The notes under the pieces are model-generated. The model saw nothing but the letters and a program-made list of their open reading frames with translations. It had not been told where the DNA came from and ran no database searches. A DNA stretch of 55,323 nucleotides, the filler included, from Catajapyx aquilonaris (lineage: Eukaryota): NCBI GenBank assembly GCA_000934665.2. It is 3 parts of 3 records of this genome, joined end to end, with 100 filler letters (N's around TTAATTAATTAA, not from the genome) between each part and the next. Parts side by side here need not be neighbours in the genome. Positions count along the whole stretch, not along the records: positions 36,964 to 55,323 come from JYFJ02006717.1; 2 more parts are not named here. One strand, 5' to 3'. Below, in pieces: positions 51,857 to 55,323 of the stretch. The position numbers and the translations under genes were made by a program. Position 1 is the stretch's first letter; each line of letters opens with the position of its first letter.

Positions 51857-52860
51857 AGGGGACGTCCACATATAACGTAACGGTATTTTTGGCCATTTTT
51901 AACCCCCTCCCCCCCTCTGTAACGGGACCGTAACGATCTCCTGACCCCCCCTCCCCCCCCTCGTTACGTAACGCCCGCTATTTTTAAAATTTCGTGCTTC
52001 AGAACGAGCCCCACGTGTTTCATATATATATAAAACCAAGGCAATAATTTTAAGAATATGTTTACTGTAAAACTACTGTACTTGTGAGAGAAAAGAACAC
52101 TTTTGTACCGATACTAAAATTTAATATAGACAGAAATGGTGTGTATTTCAGCAGATTTGTTTAAAAAGGGGAAGCCAAGGCAACTCAGGCTATGAGGCTC
52201 TTGGGGGGGGGGGGGTGGAGGGCGAAAGAAAGGGGGAGGGGAAGATAGTTTTTGGAGTGTGGGAGGATATTTATAAAGGGAGAACCCCGATATAAAACCC
52301 ACGCAAGCGCGGAGAGAACTCCATCGAAACTCAACCCATATGGGAAATCCTTGGCCCAATCCGGGGATCGAACCTGGGACCCCAGAGGTGGGAGGAGGTG
52401 GACTTTATAATATTAAACCACTACGCCACCGTGTCGCCCGTATTTCAGAAGAAAAACGAAAGAAATTAACGAACTACGTTTTAACTACGGTGCGGTACAG
52501 GTGCGTATTTTTAAAGCTACAATAATTATGGGCATGTTTTACATAAAAGAGAAAATAGTCAGAACAAAAAATATGTCATTTTTCTAGACTTTGAGACCCT
52601 GGACGCAATAGGTATGGAATCAACAAGTAGTACAACATGTGAATCACATAAATACTTTGCATAAAAATAGTGAGGTTGTCAAGTTCCTACGAAAAGACTC
52701 CTAAATAGTTTTTTTCGCACGTTTTTTACCGATTCGGACCAGTAGCGGACGACGCAGCCACGCGGGCCACGCTGAGTCGCACTCGGAATATTTTTATACA
52801 GTGCGTTCAAATGCGTTACGTAACGGCTACCCAACCCCCCCCCCTCCCCCATGTAACTTT
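51857..52860. mobile_element. Harbinger-like MITE remnant containing a tRNA-SINE head
   Basis: Left end TTA|GGGGACGTCCACATATAACGTAACG, with C-rich and CGTTACGTAACG subterminal motifs repeated at ~52815. A minus-strand SINE head at 52350-52440 has GTGGCGTAGTGG and GGTTCGATCCC. The right TIR is missing. Confidence 0.5.
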
Positions 52861-52877
52861 TTTAAATCCCTCTTCAG

Positions 52878-53160
52878 ACCGCCCAAACCGCCTCAGATTA
52901 AACATCCACCCATAAGAAAAACTGGATAGCTTCAAACTGTGCTTGACGGAGAGATGGCAAATGTTTGATTAATTCCTGACTAGTAGTAATGGCTACCTGA
53001 GGGTGAGAAGCATATTGCAGCCAGTTGACAAGGGATTGGCAATAGCATGATTTACACTCTCCGGAGGAAGGATTTAAAAAAAGGGAGGGGGGGGGGGGAA
53101 TTGCAATGAAGAAATATGAATTGTGCAATATCCTGAGTCAGTAAAACTGCAATGAACCGA
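52878..53160 (+). pseudogene. Decayed last exon plus 3' UTR of the 4-Cys peptide family (paralog C)
   Basis: Same AATCCCTCTTCAG acceptor and UTR as paralogs A and B. The first Cys pair is lost, there is an in-frame TAA, and only SFKLCLTER is retained. Confidence 0.75.
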
Positions 53161-54042
53161 TATTTCACATTAGCTTCTTTTCAGGCTCTAATTTCTTTAT
53201 TTTCCATCAATAAAATATCATGAATGCAATATTGATCTGCAAAAATCTGATGAATACTGGGTTATTAACATTCCCCTTGTATACTGTACAGTGTTTTCTC
53301 TATTGTTATCATGCAGTTATGCATCGTTGGCAGGTCTTCAAAATAATGTATCGTTAGTTGTGTTTAACATCATCTGTGTTGCAAACGTAATAAAAATAAA
53401 TAAATCACAAGGATCTTACAAGGCATTTTCCGGAAACATGACTTTAGCGCATTACTTCTGCGCAATATATTGCCTCCTCCCCATTGAAACAAGCTTCGAC
53501 TTCTTGTTTTCCAGGTAAACTGTCGCAAATTTTATATCACGTAACCTGACATCACCAGCTGTACTCCATCAGGATGAAGTGAGCATACCGGCAGACGAGC
53601 TCGAAACTCAAAATGGCCAAGAAATACATACAAATTTCGGATCGTCTCAGTTTGCATTTGCAAACGGTCGTATTTTTGTACAGTGCACATTATGCGCTGT
53701 TTGGAGATATTAATATTACCGAGCACAATATTTCCACCAACACAAATCCACAGGCTTCGTGTTACGTAACTGGCCTTAGAAGGCTTTCGGTGCTTATCTC
53801 TCAGGACTGAGAGATAAGCACCGAAAGCATTAGTGCGTCGCACTAGGGTATATGATTTCGCGAAGTGCGCCCTTTCCCTAACAGTATTGGGTAACCTATG
53901 CCCTTGCAAATGCCATTAATAATTACTTACCCATTTGCGTTGTACGCTAGCGACAAATGGGCCCTGCACACGTGGCATATTTAGGATAGTGCATGGGTGT
54001 CAAGACCTTGGGCGACATTCGGGCCTCAGGAAGTAGGTGACC

Positions 54043-55323
54043 ATGGCCTTGTTACAAGCACTGACTCTTTGCTCCGTGATTATAATTCATTTGGGAGGTC
54101 ATGCTGGATCAGAAGCAAATTGTGTTGATGGGAACTTATCGCTTGCAGTGAATACGGAAGAAGACAAGCTGGTGTCTCTGCTGGTCAGGACTCTTCTGAC
54201 TGAAAGAGATGACCTCAGACAGTGCGGGCTCGTCCTGTCCACAGACAAGACGCGATTGGGACAGGACATTTGGGGTCTCCTCTCGTCACAATGGGACAAG
54301 TACCTGACCTCATTCACTCTCCGGATGACCACTTTCCCATACACATTTCGTGACTTCCCCTGGGTGAAAAGTCAGAAGGAAATGCTGGACTTTCGGACTG
54401 TCCCTCCGGACATCATGTCCAGGGCGTGGTCCGGACTGCCCTGCACCTTTCACCTTCTGTTGCCATCGAAACCCTCTTCGTTTGCACAGCTTCTCATGTA
54501 CACAGCCACAATGGTCAAGTTGGTGCCAGGGATTGACCGATTCCTGATTCATTTCCAATCAAAATGCACAGAGAAAATTCACCAATTGTTGATATCACCT
54601 GCTGCAACAGCACTCTGGTTGAAAGTGTCTACAGTGATGGAGTCGGACAAGCTTCGGATGGACACTGTTTGCTTCTTTTGCGGACACCAAGGACAAACTG
54701 AACTCGTTCCTCTCGGACACTTCAGCCGACACCATGGTTTTCTTGCGTCTCTTTTCCGACACAATGAGCCTAACAGATTGAACAACCACACAATTCGTAT
54801 GGGTAACTACCACATCAGTGTTGATATAGAAGATGTGAGGATGAGAGCAAAGTCACTGGGTGAAATGCATTTGACAGACATTGAACGCGCTTTCCTCTTG
54901 ACAGAACAATCCCTAAATGCCCACCTTGAATTGCTCATGAAAGAAGTCACTAGCCCAGAATTGGATCATCGCCTTGACAACGGATCATGGGTTGGATTAT
55001 CCTCTGACATAATTTCTGGAAAAATATGTGGCGCATTCTTCATATTTCTCTCCGAGGAAACCATCCAGTTCCTCTTGTCTCCACCTCCCCATTTTTATGC
55101 CCACGCAGCATTCTTGACGAGGAAGCCTGGAGGTGTGGTGACATGGAAAGTGGTGTACAGGCCTTACCCACTCTCATTCTGGATCCCGTTTCTCGTCACA
55201 CTCGTCTTTTGCTCCGTCGCCACGTTCACTTTGTCACGTCACGTTCCTTCGAGGCAGTCACCATCCGACAGAAGGACTCTGTTAGGATCACTAAGCCTCG
55301 TGGTGAGAGCCATGATCGAGCAG
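54043..55323 (+). CDS. Divergent ionotropic receptor (IR), intronless, 3'-partial
   Basis: Uninterrupted 427-codon frame to the window end, absent from the ORF track because it has no stop. Signal peptide MALLQALTLCSVIIIHLGG, S1 motif DNGSWVGLSSDIISGK, AFLTRKP...VYRPYPLSFW (M1) and VVRAMIEQ (pore). Confidence 0.88.
   Translation, partial: MALLQALTLCSVIIIHLGGHAGSEANCVDGNLSLAVNTEEDKLVSLLVRTLLTERDDLRQCGLVLSTDKTRLGQDIWGLLSSQWDKYLTSFTLRMTTFPYTFRDFPWVKSQKEMLDFRTVPPDIMSRAWSGLPCTFHLLLPSKPSSFAQLLMYTATMVKLVPGIDRFLIHFQSKCTEKIHQLLISPAATALWLKVSTVMESDKLRMDTVCFFCGHQGQTELVPLGHFSRHHGFLASLFRHNEPNRLNNHTIRMGNYHISVDIEDVRMRAKSLGEMHLTDIERAFLLTEQSLNAHLELLMKEVTSPELDHRLDNGSWVGLSSDIISGKICGAFFIFLSEETIQFLLSPPPHFYAHAAFLTRKPGGVVTWKVVYRPYPLSFWIPFLVTLVFCSVATFTLSRHVPSRQSPSDRRTLLGSLSLVVRAMIEQ

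Overview
This is AT-rich, intron-containing animal DNA, probably from an arthropod or other protostome (divergent ionotropic receptors, tRNA-SINEs, many MITEs). Two 100-bp N blocks carry a TTAATTAATTAA spacer and split the window into three near-equal ~18.4 kb pieces. These are very probably unlinked scaffolds concatenated by size. Piece 1 (1-18383) has no recognisable host gene. It is a ~5 kb chimeric unit repeated about three times, with minus-strand Ty3/Gypsy relics, unidentified Cys-rich coding relics, copy-specific insertions (nested Helitrons, a solo LTR, a MITE) and an internally deleted CXC-domain DNA transposon. Piece 2 (18484-36863) holds a 3-coding-exon NSD-family gene (PWWP, HMG-like region, 4 PHD, PWWP) that stops before the AWS/SET domains, many nested MITEs, and the 3' part of a convergent LRR gene. 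Piece 3 (36964-55323) holds a small family of secreted cationic 4-Cys (CX3C-X14-CX4C) peptide genes, a tandem AADAT/KAT-II aminotransferase pair with an apparent gene-conversion tract, a TM-RING ligase-like gene, an orphan membrane ORF, and two divergent ionotropic receptors (one pseudogene, one running off the end). All gene models were spliced by eye and no database searches were run.
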